Of a stretch of DNA of 64,000 bases, positions 41,749 to 57,036 are shown piece after piece (the first letter of the stretch is position 1; the number at the start of each line of letters is the position of its first letter). The stretch lies in assembly GCA_951406725.2 (NCBI GenBank), contig OX597814.1:57784001-57848000 (forward strand), read 5' to 3'. The DNA comes from Octopus vulgaris. Its lineage: Eukaryota. The position numbers and the translations under genes are program-made. Under the pieces are notes generated by a model. That model did no database searches and had not been told where the DNA came from. It was given only the letters and a program-made list of their open reading frames with translations.

Positions 41749-42148
41749 ATGCATATGCATACACACGCACACACCCACAAACACACGCAGACACCCACAT
41801 CCACACACACACACCCACGCACACACCCACAAACACATGCAGACACCCACATCCACACACGCACATACACACACACACACACACGCGCACACATATTGGT
41901 TCCGTCCGGAGTTATGTACCTAGGAGGTCAACAGGAGCCAGATAGCTGGTTTACTCTGTTCACAATGAAATGGGAGGAAACATCAGCTAGTAATGTCGCT
42001 TTCACAGTAGTCATGTTGCAAAAGAATCGATAAACTTCGCCCGGAGCGAAAAGGTTAAATACATGGTCTTGTGTATATGTATGTGTGTGTCTGAGTACTG
42101 CAGATAACCAAGCACGCGTGCACACGCACACATATGTACACACATGGA

Positions 42149-42287
<139 letters not shown>

Positions 42288-42464
42288 GTATGTATATACA
42301 TATGTATAATTAACGAAAGCAAATTATCAGCGGGTGAGTCATTTGAGTAATTTCTTATTTCTATTGTTGATGGTTGCTGTAGTGATGACGACGACGCTCA
42401 TAAAAAATAAATAGTAACAAAATAGTATCGCCAGTATTTTTTTGCTGTAGTTCTGGAAAAAGGC

Positions 42465-42550
42465 AATCATAATCATGATCATCATCATCGCTGTCGTCGT
42501 TGTTGTTGTTATCCTTATCGTCATCGTCATCGTAATCGACATCAACATCA

Positions 42551-42593
<43 letters not shown>

Positions 42594-42602
42594 GTCATCA
42601 TT

Positions 42603-42637
<35 letters not shown>

Positions 42638-42882
42638 AAAGAATACCAGCATAAAGTTTGTAGGGGTACCAATGAAGGGTTTCTTTTCATCCTCCGAGTC
42701 AAGACCAAAGTCTCCAGCTATGTGGGTGAGTGGAAGTATATAGAGACGTGACTACGATCTCAGCGTACTGTCTGAATTTATTTGACCAAAAATGCAAACT
42801 GCAATAGTTCTACAATTCCCACTTCGTTCTGAATACAAAACATGTAGTCCAGCCGTCTAAAATTATAACTGCAGCAACATTG

Positions 42883-42946
<64 letters not shown>
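42465..42946. repeat. (CAT)n and (ACT)n trinucleotide microsatellites
   Basis: (CAT)n at ~42550-42636 and (ACT)n at 42883-42946. Confidence 0.9.
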
Positions 42947-43029
42947 TAGTATATAAAACATCAATTGTAGAAATAGTGACGCCTGCGAATACTGACATCC
43001 TGCTGAGCATTTTCAGTGAATTAAGTAAT

Positions 43030-45700
43030 TTTGTTGACAGCATATGAGGCAAGTTTCCTCTTCCATTACCTATACCCAGACAGCTAAACATTCTTAATCA
43101 AGATGTCGGACAAGAGAAAATTATCGATCTGCTTGATGTTATACTTTTGCTACATCAACATTAAGAGAATTCGGTCTAACCCGATTCCTGTACATAACCC
43201 TAATGCCAAGATTCAAGCTACAAACCCTATTGCACTTTGGAACAATTATATTTTATCATTTTCCTATATTCCACTTCTACGCTCTCAGTTATATTCAAAT
43301 ATCTCCCCGAAACGCGGTGCCAGTACTTCTGCAAAATTCAGTAACATTTCTCAACCATATATCAACAACACAAACTTCTATTTACTTTGAGGTCTATCTT
43401 CCCCGTTGCTCTAAATTCACTCGCTGACTCTACCGATCTTCAAATATCCTTTAATATAATCTCACAATCTTATATTTGACAGACACGCAACCACTCGAAA
43501 CTCTTGGCATATTCTCCAATTTCCAAACCCTAAATTTAGCTTATCCTCCACTGCTTTTTTACCCACGAGATTCTCTTATCAATGTATTATATCTTTCATC
43601 GTTTTATCGCACGAAATCCTGTTCATTGAATATTAGTCAGCTAACAAATTGCAGTTCTTCATGTTTTATTTCGATTACACTTGGTGCTAAATATGCTTCT
43701 TCCAACCCCATTTATTTCAAACTACTAAATCCTCATTTTCCTACTCAACACACAACCAAAGCTTATAGATCTTAATCGCCTTGCTGTGTTCTGCATCTGC
43801 ACTTCAACAAAATTGGCAATTGGCACTGTCTCCAACATACATAATGCAGAAGGAAAACATTAACAAGAAGAAGTACTTAACATTAACTTGGAGAATTATT
43901 ACACCATCGGCACAACTCTTGCAAAGTCAAGGGAAAATGTTAAACGTGCATTCCTGCTTTTATATTACAGCAGAGGTTTCTAGTCTATTACCAAGAAACT
44001 GACTTTATCAACTCTAAGGTGTTCTTGCACTCACAAGAGGCTATGTACATATTGCCTGCTTCCAAATCTTCATTTTGACATAATCTACAACACTTCACTT
44101 AAGTTCTTCTTATCTGCCCAAAATGCCCCAATACGTGAACAACTCTAGACTTTACACCAACGCTACAACCAAACAAAGCGATGGTTCAGTTTCTCACAAA
44201 TTGCGCATATTAGAGCAGTACATACCCTCCAGCTGGTTTTCTCTTTTGTATAGATTTATTCCAATATTTGAAATACGTCACCATAAATCTCCTCTCCGGT
44301 AAGTGCGATCTGTTTCGTCTTGACATTACCGATCTTCAGTTTCAGCAATTCAAAAATGACGGCAACTGTTATTAACGATCATTACCTTCATCACTCTCAT
44401 TTTCTCCCTCCTCAATGATTAAAAATACAGTTTCTGTACATCCAGAAATGCCGCATACTTTCGTACTCCGCTCTTGAAAACTTAACGCAAACATCGGAAG
44501 GTAAATGGTTTGTCATAGGACTGAGTCACAAAACTATACTCAGTTGTTTTCCTATGGATTTCATCTGTCTCTCATTTCTTGGATTAGAAGTTTTACGTCA
44601 GACCGTATTATCGCAAGCTTGTGCTGATAGGCTGGCTATCTCCGACCAACACCACCTTAACTCTTGCATGTCTCAAACTGCAATGATGTCCCTCTGAACA
44701 TTTTCTTCTATTCTTTAATTACCTACTTGCTGTTACGTCTACAGCATACATACCTCAAGAGAAGATATCACATTTCATTAATTCACGTATCTCTACATAG
44801 ATGCGTCATCCATTCTCAACCTAGAGGTTTTAAACTAGATGTACCGTACTTCCCCGAAGACAGACATCGTAAAGGTTCTTTGAAAATCTTGCTGTTCAGT
44901 AATACAGGTTTAGTTGCTACACATTTTATGGTAACAGTCTTGTGCACAACAATCGCTAATCATCAGCAACATACACTAAAAATCCTCAAAGTCGTTATGA
45001 GTCAGAATTTCATTTGATTCGTAATGATTTCATTAATTCTTTATCAATGCCAACACTGCATTTCAATGATTGAGATTCTTCTTTCGAACCAGAACATAAT
45101 TCAATCCTGCTCGTTTGCTTTCATGTAGAACGTACAAGCAAAAATATGTCACATAAATCGGGGATGTCTTTATACATATACTTTAACCCACCCACACATA
45201 CTCGCACACAACATCCACCAATAGAAACTAATTGATAATCTTCCAGCGTACTGCAGCCAGTATAGTCAAAAGATATACAGTTTCACTCCTCTACATCCGC
45301 AACTACTGCAGCAACAGCCGCTGTTCCTTTAAACTAGTTAACTATATACCCATCCCTCCAATTAAGGCCTGCTCGACAGTTTTGCCTCTTTTACTTTCCT
45401 CAACGCTTATGTTTTGCGTCTAAGATTTCCTCCTAAACACTTTGCCTGACTATTCTTGCCCAGAATATCCTTCATTCCTCTGGTGTTCCACCCTCCGCTT
45501 CATTATACATTCATCACATCAGCGTCATCATCAACCTGGTATAGTTCTGAGCACTGAAACTCACCATTGCCAACTCATAAAAGTAATGTTTTCGAGTTTT
45601 GACTCAAGGCCAGCAGTTTCAGGAAAGTGTTTAAGCCCATTACGCCCGAAAGGATGAAAGCTTTTGCATGTAATTTATAAATAAAGCAATGAGTTATTTT
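43030..45700 (+). mobile_element. Highly decayed Ty3/gypsy-like pol remnant
   Basis: Faint ordered motifs: protease-like FVDS / KIQATNPIA, RNase H-like YTNAT, integrase-like SH..GIRS..SC and YLYID..RGF; heavily frameshifted. Confidence 0.35.
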
Positions 45701-47546
45701 ATAAAATCATTAGCATCGTAAATCCTGTGGGTTTACGTTATCCGAGAACTGACATCAGATATCGCAACTTCATTTAATCGGGTACTAACCTATTGGTTCA
45801 CTGTAATCTGTAGTTTACAGTAGTATTATAGGAATAACTGCATGCGGATGTATGATGTTGCAGGAGCTCCTGAATGTATATATATATAAATGTATGTGTG
45901 TATGCGTGTTGTATTTACTTACTAGTGAACTGTTGTGCTGAGCCGTTGCTACCAGAAGTGTATTATCTATTTAGTTGATCGGTTCAGGTATCAGATGTTG
46001 ATGTTATGTATTCGTGTGTTCTTCACTAGCGAGAGAGAATCACCCCCGAGGGAGATTTTCGTTCAAATGATGTAGTTTGTTTTGTTGTTTCTATCTGATC
46101 TCTTTTGTTTGACATGCTGCACATATTTCATTGTTTTTCGATGAATGGCATTTAGGAAACATCGTTGGAAAGCAATAGCAATCTGAATAGGTGTAAAATT
46201 TCAGTATTTGTGTGCGGTGGATGCGGTTTTATTTCTTACCGCTGGGTTAAAGTAGTCTATATAGGAATAAAACTGAATTTATGGTTGTCCATCGGTATAT
46301 GTTTTAACTTCTGATATTAATTTTGTTTTTGTAAACATGGGTCTCTTGATAGATGAAAGATGAGAGTTTATTCATTCCAATAAGAATAATGCCAAGGAAC
46401 TTGGACATCAGAATGTATAATGTTTCAAAATAATGAAATATTCCAAAGGTATGTTATAGTATTTGAGATATTAAACAGAATCTGTATTTGAATAGAATAC
46501 ATATATGCAGTTATTGATTTTCAATATATGAAACCCAAACACTGGAGACGTTAGTTTGAAGGAAATATATTGTAAAACTGTGTGTTAAAACATTAAAATA
46601 ATAAAAAAGGGGTTACTGATCTCATACACTAGAAGTGAACTAAAGGTAAATTGTGCACTAAATTTATTACCGCTATTTTGTTTAATCTTCTGTCTGTGTA
46701 TCCTACTATTAGGGTCATCTTTGCTTTGTATTCTCTTGGAGGTTGTAAAATAAATAACAGTAATATAATGACGCCTATTCATTTGATTATAGATGCTTCA
46801 CTTCTTCAGTTAAACTTTTGTTTAGTCAAAAGAATTCAGTAGTTGAGGAATACTGTCGAGGGCTGTAGAAGACGTTCGAACCACGTGTACGATGTTGAAT
46901 TCAGTGATGATTTCTGGGATTTGAAATAATTTTTATTCATTCAGATTTAACTTGTTCTTACCAAAAAGATAAACATTTCTCTGAGATTCATACACCTTTT
47001 GTAGAATTTTATCTCTAAGTTAGGAATTAATGAGTTATAATTAGTGAGCTATTACTATCAGGATATAATAGATTATTCCATTTAGATTGTGTTCACTCAA
47101 AGACCATCTCCGCCGCCACTACTACCACCACCACCACCACCACCACCAACACCACTACCGCCGCCGCTGCCGCCACCATCTTTAAGTACACCAGTGTCAA
47201 TAACAACAACATCATCAACAACAACCGAAAGATTTCTACTTTGAGAAAGGTGAATTTCAGTTAGTTTTGATGCATATTTTGTTAGATAAACTATTTATAT
47301 CTCAGTAAATAACCAAATTATTTAATTTACCCAGTAGATTCGCTGATTAGTATTCAAGAAAGTATTCAGTAGACAGTTAAGTATATAATTTAATTAATTT
47401 CACTTAATAAATTATCTTATGACCTGCAGTAAAACTATTTATCCAGACCCAGCCTTGACAAAATCGCAATCATTTAACTAGAAGAGTTGAATGCTTTCTA
47501 CAGTAGTTATAACTCAACATTAACATAGAAACAGACGATATATTAA

Positions 47547-47765
47547 CTCTTTAGCATTCAAATTATTCTGTCAAATGCAATGCTTGTTATATTCACAGTT
47601 TTGAATTCATCATACATTATCTGGTATCTTTGAAATTTTAATGATGTAATTGTTTATGTTTAGAATGAAATTGTAGGGTACGTGTGAAAAGTATGATCTA
47701 GGCAGTTTGAACATAAAAGTGGAAGAATATTTGGGCCTGATATGGCAGGTTTGAATACTAAAGGG
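47547..47765. mobile_element. piggyBac-like MITE
   Basis: TTAA|ctctttagcattcaaa...tttgaatactaaaggg|TTAG: 16-bp imperfect TIRs with a TTAA-like target. Confidence 0.75.
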
Positions 47766-47934
47766 TTAGTTAATATGATTAATTAATTAATTAATTAATA
47801 TACTCGATATGTAAACTAATCATGTTCGTTCATTGTTTGGAGCCATTTCATAAACTTCAGTTGACTCACCTTAAAATTACAAATCTCCTAATAACTATAT
47901 ATAGGTGTATTGTTGAGCGCCTTTATAAATGTTT

Positions 47935-48135
47935 CTGATTTAGGCACAAGGCCAGCAGATTTGAGGTGAGTAGTTTAGTCGACACTACCGAGGTCAGTAA
48001 TCGACTGGTACTTTATTTGATATAAGGATGAAAGGCAAATTAGACCTTGGCGTGGTTTACACTCAAAACATAATCAACCGGAAGAAATACTGCAAAATAT
48101 TTTTCCCGATGCTGCAAATGTTTTACCATCTCACC
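47935..48135 (-). mobile_element. Degenerate family B SINE
   Basis: taggcacaaggccagc...actggtac...aaggatgaaaggcaaa. Confidence 0.6.
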
Positions 48136-48749
48136 ACATTGACCACATTGATAATAAAAAAGAAAACATAAGCCTCCCAGGAACCTCAGTTTGGTCACTC
48201 AGTCTGCTACAAACAGCCACCAAATTTCTTTTTATTCACAATCTACCATCTTAGAAAACCGATGCAATATTGTATAATAGGATTTTAAATACATGTTTCC
48301 CCACTCTCCAAATGGGACTTTTATGATTAATCAGAGAATAAACAACAGTGCAAACGAAAAGCTGCTAAATCGAACAAGCAAACCTTCATTCCTCCCTGCA
48401 CATGGTTCATATCGTTTCTGCAATAACTACAACAAAGTATAACCTGCAAAAGTATACTAAGTAATGTAAATACTGTGTCTAGTGCTAGGGCTCATAAGCC
48501 CGGTTACTCAGTTTCCATGGCTATATATGAAATAAAGTACCAGTCGAGTACTGATCTCGGTGGTGTCGACTAAACTACACCACTCAAATTTGTTGCCCTT
48601 CTGCATAAATCAGATATATTTATAAAGGCGGTCAACAATACGTCTGTGTTGGAAGATTTGTAATTTTAGGGTGAGTCAACTCACTGAAGTGAATGGACCA
48701 AGACCACAGCATTTCCGCTGAACCAGTTGCCAGAGCATTATAGGGTTAC

Positions 48750-48888
48750 TCCTTAATAGCTGAGTGGACTGAAGCAACGTGAAATGAAATATTTTGTTCA
48801 AGAACACAAATCATTGGGTAGTCCTAGAATTGAAGCCAGGATCTTGTAAATGTGAGTACAACACCATGATCGTTTGGCCACGCGCCTT
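48750..48888 (-). mobile_element. tRNA-derived SINE head, family D
   Basis: Minus strand aggcgcgtggcc...ggcttcaattct...ttgaacaaaatatttcatttcacgttgcttcagtccactcagct. Confidence 0.5.
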
Positions 48889-50079
48889 CACTAAAGTATG
48901 TTACATCTTAAATCTCCTTTTTCCGGGTATTGCCACTACGCTTGTTCCTACGAGTCTCTCATCCCTATAAGCTCTCAGTCGACTCATTATTTTTTGCGAA
49001 ACCTACATTCATAAATGACTCTTTATCTGGCGATATATTCTCTACTCAAACAACACAAGAAAATAGGAATTGGTCACTGTTTCCATTCAAATGTGGCGAA
49101 AAAATCCATTTTAATTATTCTTTTATCCATTTACACGTTTCAGCCTAAATGCATTAGGGCCTTTATTCCAGTTTTTTCTCTTCTTTTTGTGTCGATCTCA
49201 ACGCATGAGTTGGGAAAATAATGCATGGAAAAAATACCTCCTGACTTAACCATTACCGCTTCTAACGTTTAAAAGTGGTACCATTAATTATGGAAATGGC
49301 TCACGTTCAATTTGAATGTCGAAGTAAAATAAATTTTTGACTCCATTCTCGTCTTTAACATTTCAAATTAAAATTGCTTCCATTAACTTCATTCACACCA
49401 AGTGATGGTAGTCTACCAGATTTGAATATATTAATAGTATCCCGCCCCACTCTCATTTCAAGAGACATCACATTTTACTTTGCAACCCATTTTATTGATG
49501 TGATTAAATAATGGACAGGAAATTCGTTTGAGTCTATTTTGATCGATTGCAACCTTTTACATCGTGAGTACTCAACAGAAATTCTGCTTGGAATCAGTAA
49601 AATAAGTTTCTGATTTAGGCATAAGACCAACGATCTTAAGGTGAGCAGACTAACAACATCGAAAGAAGAATAGAAAAAGTTAACCGCCTGTAGGATTTGA
49701 ACACAGAACGTAAAGAAATTGAACAAACTTTGGAAGGTGTTTTTATCCAACGATCTAACGATTCTGCCAGATCACCGTCTGGGTAACAAGTAAAATATAG
49801 AATGCTTATTATATGTCATTTATGTTGCTGATGTCTTTAGGATGGAATGAACGACACAGAATCCCGAACTCTTCTGGTGCATTGTCTAATTATTATTAAT
49901 GCAAAGGATAAGGTTGTTGTTGTTGCTGTTGCTGACGATGAACATGTTCAGCTCTAGGTTAGTTCTGACTGAATAGATCTTTAATCAAAGACAATCCAAT
50001 TAGGTCCACTCGTTCTATTTACTGAGATCTGGGACTACATTTTTCAATGTACATCCTCGTTATTCATGTCAAACAAACT

Positions 50080-50151
50080 AGCACTAGCACCAATACGACT
50101 GTCATCCCCACCAGCACCAGCACCAGCACCAGCAGCACCAGCAGCACCAAC

Positions 50152-50183
<32 letters not shown>

Positions 50184-53100
50184 CACTGCTACAACCACCA
50201 ACGCCATCAACATCTTCATTATCTTAATCCTCGTCAACACAACCACCAGTCACATTGTATACACCTCAACCACCAAAACCACCATCAGCACCATCACCAC
50301 CACCACCACCATCACCACCACTGCCGCCGCCGTCGTCATCGTCATCATCATCATCATCATTACCACGACCACCACGACCGCTAACGCGATCAGACCACCA
50401 TCACCACCACCACCACCACCACCACCACCACCACCACCACCACCACCACTCCACTATCATCATCATCATGATGACCACAACCACGACCATGACTACCTCC
50501 GATGATGGCGAGGACGACAACGACGACGACCACGACCACCACCCTCCTCCTCCTCCTCCTCATTCTCATTACCGCATCATCATCATCATCATCATCTTCA
50601 TCATAACCATCATCATCATCATCATCATCGTCGTCGTCCTCATCATTATGAGCTGCTACTGTAGCTGTACCAGTCACAGCAGCCGCGGTGGCAGCAGATT
50701 CAGTTTGACAGTCGCAAAATGAAAAGCGTCAATACCTGATCACATGAGGTGTTATATAACTAGAAGTGTTCGCTCTTTCACACCTTGAAAAGATTTCAAA
50801 TATATAAACAACAACAACTACTACTACTACTACTACTACTACAAAACCACCAATTGTCCCTATTAGTTCAACAACCTTTTGCTCATTCTACAAGAAGGCG
50901 GAGGTGGGGTAGTTGATGTTGTTGGGATTATGGTGGTGGTGGTGTTGGCGGTGGTAGTGGTTAGATTTAATGACTTACTAGTAAAATATAATGAGTGTCA
51001 GTGAAATTCAAAATCTTGAATTGCTCTGTCCAAGGTTGCTTGTTAACACTACAACTACCACCACCCCACCACCACCACCACCACCACCACCACCGCCACC
51101 ACTATCTCTATTATTATTAACACCGCTACCACAAATTCAACTACGACCATTAGTTCCATCATCAATTACTACTAGCATCATCACCACCGCCACTACTCAC
51201 CGACATCACCACCATCACCATCACGAGTCGTCACTACCACTACCCCTACTATTAATCAACTCACCCATCTCACCACCATCACCACCACCACTGCCACCAA
51301 CACCACTTTTCTTAATCTCCATAACCATCGCCATCATCGCTACCATCACCGACACCACCCACTAACATCGCCACCACTCAATACCCCACCAGAAACTGCC
51401 GCAACCACCACCACCACCACCACCACTACTACCACCCGAACACCACCCGACCACCCCCCATCACCCCCACAGCCACCGCTATCAACAATACCTGCCATAA
51501 CCACCATCGGCATCAGCACCATCAATAATCAGCACCACTACCATAGCTACCATCGCTACTATCCTCACTATCATCAACCACCAACATCACCGCCACTATC
51601 ATTGCCATCACTACCACCAACACCATGACCACGACGACTAATAATACCACCCCACCACCACCATTTGTGCCCCCGGCATCAGCACCACCTCTGTCACATA
51701 CCTTAACTTAGGGCTACCATCACCATCAAACTACATTCAACTAGGGAATGTCCAAACATTACACGACTGCTAAATATACCGAGACAAAAGGTGGTGGTGG
51801 GGTGCTCAACGTAGTCGCTCAACGAAGCTAAAAATAACAGCTAAATCCCCTTTGAATCATACCCTACCTACCAACCCTACCGTCTTACACAAAGATGGCT
51901 ACGTTTGATAATTTTTTCTACTATAGACACAAGGTCTGAGATTTTTGGTGGAGGGGACTAGTTGATTACATCGCCCCCACCCCCCCAGTGTATTACTGGT
52001 ACTTAATTCATCGAACCCGCACCCCGAAACGATGAAAGGCAAAGTCGATCTCAGCTGAATTTGAACTCAGAACGTAACCTTAGTATACATAAGAAAAGTC
52101 CCGTAGGGATGACCTCAAAGGTGGGATGCGTTTCAATCATAGGTTTGTTCAGTTAGTATTCACCTAGAGCTAGACATCAGCATCAAGAAGAAGAACAAGA
52201 ACAAAAACAAGAACAACAACAACAGTTACAAGACCAACAGGAGCTGCATTTGCACAACTACCACATTAACACATTACTTGCTAGATATAGTACCTAGATC
52301 GCCCTCAATTCACGAAGTGTCACTTGATGGACTAACAGATGGGGTGGTCATGTGAGGGACAACTTTGATCGCGGTCAGCTCAATTCTGAGAGGAGATCAA
52401 CAACAGCAGCTGCACTAGTAACGAACCACCACCACCACCACCACCACCACCACCACCACCACCACCATCACCACCGCCACCACAACAGCAACAACAATAA
52501 CAACCGCCATCACCACCACCGCCATTAGAATCATCACCGCAATAACAAGAACAACTAGAACATCAGCCACCAGTAGCACTATCACCAACACAACCACCAC
52601 CACCACCACCACAACAACAAAACAATTTTTATGTAGATTGTGGCAAAATGCAACTAGTAGACTTCTATATCGAATTTCCACCCCATCACGAACTCTACAG
52701 GATGGTCACATTAGTGTCATTACTATTGTGTGCCCTCACCACTTACGACTATTGTATCAGCCACTAGACTGCTATACATACACTTGCACACTATTAAAAC
52801 CACTGAACTACCACCAAGGCAATAAATAGTACTCGTACTATCTCCGTCACACTACCACTAAATACTCAACAACTTAAGCTAGCTTGTCATCACGATGATA
52901 TAGTCGTTTAGCTGTCAGCATCCTAGAAAAGCTACCACCACCACCACCACTTCAACACCACCACCACCACCACCACCACCACCATTGCCACCACCGCCAC
53001 CATCACCTCCATCAACACAACCACTACCATAACAACAACAGCAAAAAATAATAGCTCCCACCACCACCACCACTGGTGCCACTGGTAAACTTTACCTGTC

Positions 53101-53230
53101 ATCTTTTCGGGGTCGATAAACTACTATACTTTATTTAATCAAATAACCACTCTTCCATAATTACTATCCTTGAGCCTAATTCAGATATCTCTATTTATTC
53201 ATCTATTTGTTTATCTATCTATCTATTTAT

Positions 53231-53288
<58 letters not shown>

Positions 53289-54140
53289 CTTATATATATA
53301 TATATATATATATCTTACTATCCACTGTGAGCTTAGTCTACTTTCGAACGCCTACACGTATCTTTTCCTTTCTTTCTCTTTTTAGTATTTTTTCTACCTT
53401 TTTAAAAACAATGTCAGGTGGGTTTTGAGAGAGATTTGGTTACTATTTCTAGTATGCGATCTGTTGCTACCACAGAAAGGATTTCCCTTCGGCTCTAGTG
53501 GGAGGGATATTAGTATCGTTTAGTAGTGGCGGTGGTAGGTGGCAGTAGCAATATATAAAGTGTTTTGGACGATGGTAGTGGGTTGGTAGCAAAGAAAATG
53601 GTAGCTTGGAGAAAATATTAGTACGATGGCAGGGACGGCGACGGACGTATCATAGTATAGCATTCATGTGATTGTATTACATTAGCAGTAGAGTAGTAGC
53701 AACAGTTGTAGAATAAGCGTAGTTATAGCCTTATTATAGTATTATTGAGGTGGTGGCGGTGGTGGCTGATGCTGATAGTGGTGGTGGTGGTAATTGTAGT
53801 AGTGGTGGTTTGAGGGTGGCAGTGGTGACTGTGTTGGTGGTGTTGGAGGTGTTAGTGGTGATGGTAACGATGGTTGTGGGTGGTATGATTAATAGTGACA
53901 GTCATGTGATGGTATTGCAGTGGTAGTCACAGTGACAGCGTAAGTGCAGTTATAGCATTCGAATAGTTGCTGCTGAAGTGGCGGTGGTGGTGGTAGTGGT
54001 GGTGCCGGCAGCGGAGGCGGAGGCGAAGGCTGTGGCAATGGCGGTGCGGGCGATGGTGGCGGTGGCGGCGGTGGTGGCAGTGGGGTGGCGATAGCCGTAG
54101 CCGCGGTGGTGGCGATAGTAGCGAATGGTGGTACGAGGCC
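50080..54140. repeat. Trinucleotide low-complexity field, (CAC)n/(CAT)n/(CAA)n; (GGT)n at 53.5-54.1 kb
   Basis: Direct inspection; gives the poly-P/T/H/V ORFs. Confidence 0.9.
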
Positions 54141-54639
54141 AGCACTCTTTAGGGTGGAGGGGAAGTGGGTGAGTCGATTATATCGACCTTCAGAGTCAAC
54201 TAGTACTTATTTTATTGACCTCGACTGCAACGGTATTTGAACGCGAACTTAAAGAGCCGGAGTCACCGCCTTACTAATTCTTTCTACCATTAAAGCACAT
54301 GGCTTTAAATTTTGTTGAGGGGGTGTAAGCAATTACATCGACCCCAGGGCTCAACTGATATTTTATTTCAACTACGAAAGGATGACTGGTAAATTCGAAC
54401 TTGGAACGTAAAGCCCCGGAATAAATGCCGCTAAGCATTTTATCCGATGCAATAACAAGCCTGCCACTTTTTTTAGCTATAATACTTGTTTTAAAATTCT
54501 GACACCAGGCCAGCAATTTTGAGGCGAGGGTTTAGTCTATTACATCGAATGCTCAACAGGTACTCATTTTATTGACAGTGAATGTGTAGAAGATGAAGTT
54601 ACTGCAAATAAATGCTCCCTCACCTGCTACCCCTGTACT

Positions 54640-56130
54640 TTCTGGGTGAACCATCGATACTTCTCCTGCCACCTCTGCACATTCTTATGCACCATACAAC
54701 TCCTTCGGCTACCACTACATATTCCTGAGCACTGTACCAATTCTCCTATTACCTCTATACATTATTCTGTACTCTGCCACTTTCCCTGCTACCTCGACAA
54801 ATTCTTCTGCACTATATCAATCTTGCCACACCTCTGCAAATTCCTCCGTACGATGCTACTTCTCCTGCCACTTCTGCACATTCTTCTGCTCTATACAAAT
54901 TCTCCTGCTACCTCTGTGCATTATACCAACTCTCTTGCCACTTCTACAAATTATTCTGCATTATACCACTTCTCCTACCACCTCTGCAAATTCTTCGGTG
55001 CGATGCTACTTCTGCCACTTCTACAAATTTTCTGCTCTATATCAAGTCTCCTGCTACCACTACATATTCCTATGACTATACGACTATTCCTGCAATTTTT
55101 GCACATTCTTGTGTGCTATACCACTTCTACTACTATTGCACACACTTGTGCAATCACGCACATCTCTTCTTCGCCCGTCACAGTGCATTTTTGCTGCAGT
55201 TAACCATAACACTTCTGTCTCCAAAAAACATTCTTGTGCCGCTTACTCTGGTACCACTACCTAATATAGTGCAACGGTATCATACCATATCACCTGACAG
55301 AGCAGAATATTGTGATGCGGTTGTAGACTTCTCCTGCCACTGCTGTTCTTTCTAGTACGACAGTTCCCTTTCTACTGCCACCTCTACATATTCTAGTGCA
55401 ACTACAGATTTCTCCTGCCACTACTGTGCATTCTAGTGCACCAATACTGCTTCTGTTATCATTCTGTCTTTTAGCTCAATCATACCGCCTCTTTCATCAC
55501 TGTACTTTCTGATGCGACGGTATCACCAGCTGCCACCTCTGCACATTCTAATGCAACTACAGACTTCTTCTACTACTCTACATTCTGGTGCACCCGTAAT
55601 ACTACTTCTGTTATCATTCTGTCTTCTATCGCAGCCATACCGCTTCTTCCATCACTGCACTTTCTGATGCAACGGTATCACTTCTACTATTCCCTCTGCA
55701 CATTCTAGTGCAACTATAACACTTGCAGCTTTCACCTTGAGCATCCTGCTGCACTTTACTACTTACTCTGCCACCTGAGTATATTCAATCACTATATCAT
55801 TTCTGTTACCGTAGCTTATCCTGACTCCAATCCAGCACTTCTGTTACCATTGCATACTGTAGTTCAATTACACCACTTCTCATGCTACCACGGCCGTTCA
55901 ACTTTTACACTACGATACTAGTACAATGTTTCTACTGCTACTGCTACCGTTATAGATTCTGGTACAACTTACCGTGCCACTTCACCCGCTACTACTGTGC
56001 ATTCTTACGCAAATATACCACTTTTACCATTGCATTATATGATGCAAGCATGCAACTCCCCCTGCTAACCTCATTATGTGTAACTACAGCACCTCCCTAA
56101 TTTAAACACTGCAACTTCTTCTGCAACTGT
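54640..56130. repeat. Degenerate minisatellite (~36-40-bp unit) with a ~155-bp higher-order duplication
   Basis: Recurring cttctcctgccacctctgcacattct; 55375-55527 duplicated at 55530-55681. Confidence 0.75.
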
Positions 56131-57036
56131 TGCACTTATCCATGTTACCGTAGCATTTTCATCTATCACGAACAGTGAGGGAGGTCCCGATGAGATTGTT
56201 GTTTTTATCGCTAGTCTGTTGCTGTTTTCGTTTAGTGCCAATACAGTCATTACCGAACAAACGTGCAAACAAAGACTTTTCAGGCGTGATCGTCCTGCCT
56301 TTTTCCAATGCGCAGAGGAACCAAGATCGCATTCTATAACGTGTCATTTTTTAAGACCTAAGACCGGCAGGGTGTGATTTGAGAGAGATTTGATTACTAT
56401 TACTAGTAAATGGAGCGACTGCATACGTACTCCCTAGTTGGATCCCTCGTCTATGGGGTCGCTCAAACTACTAGAAGTAGTAATGCAAACCTCCCTCAAT
56501 CCATTCTGTGTTGTTTTATATAAAGAAGGGCGCATTTAACAAAGTAGAAAAAAGAAGAAAAAGTGGGATGAGCACACGTGGGATGCCTGTGATTCTACAT
56601 GTACTCGATCAGGGCTGACTTGGGCCTAAACAACAACAGACTTCGTAGTTCAGCTTCTCTCCTCCTTCGACTGAAAGCGCAATATTTCTAACCAATGAAA
56701 GAGACGTTCCGAACTCATTTGAACTGCTAGAAATACCAACTAATTCTTTTAAAAAATGTTACCTACTGTCTTGAAAAAAAAAAGGATAATGTATCCCTAG
56801 ACAAATCATTACACTCTATCGAGAGCCTACAAATGAAGCACCAGAGTCTGCTGATCTGCTAGAAATAGTAGCCAAATTTTCTTATGATCTCAACCTACAA
56901 TCTCATGAAAAAAGCGAAAAAAAAAAAAACCCGGAATAGTCACGGCTAAAGCATTTTCGATCGAAGTGGTATTGCTCATTCCAAGCTGGCTTAGGGACAA
57001 CAATAACAACAACTACGAGCATACACTGTGACTTTC

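Noticed and set aside
50047-51365. Poly-Pro/His/Thr ORFs resembling extensins or transcription factors
   Set aside because: (CAC)n/(CAT)n trinucleotide repeats with no unique coding context or splice support
56159-56347. ORF MTRYRMRSWFLCALEKGR as a possible exon
   Set aside because: Overlaps a minus-strand copy of the (CAA)n-tailed repeat family
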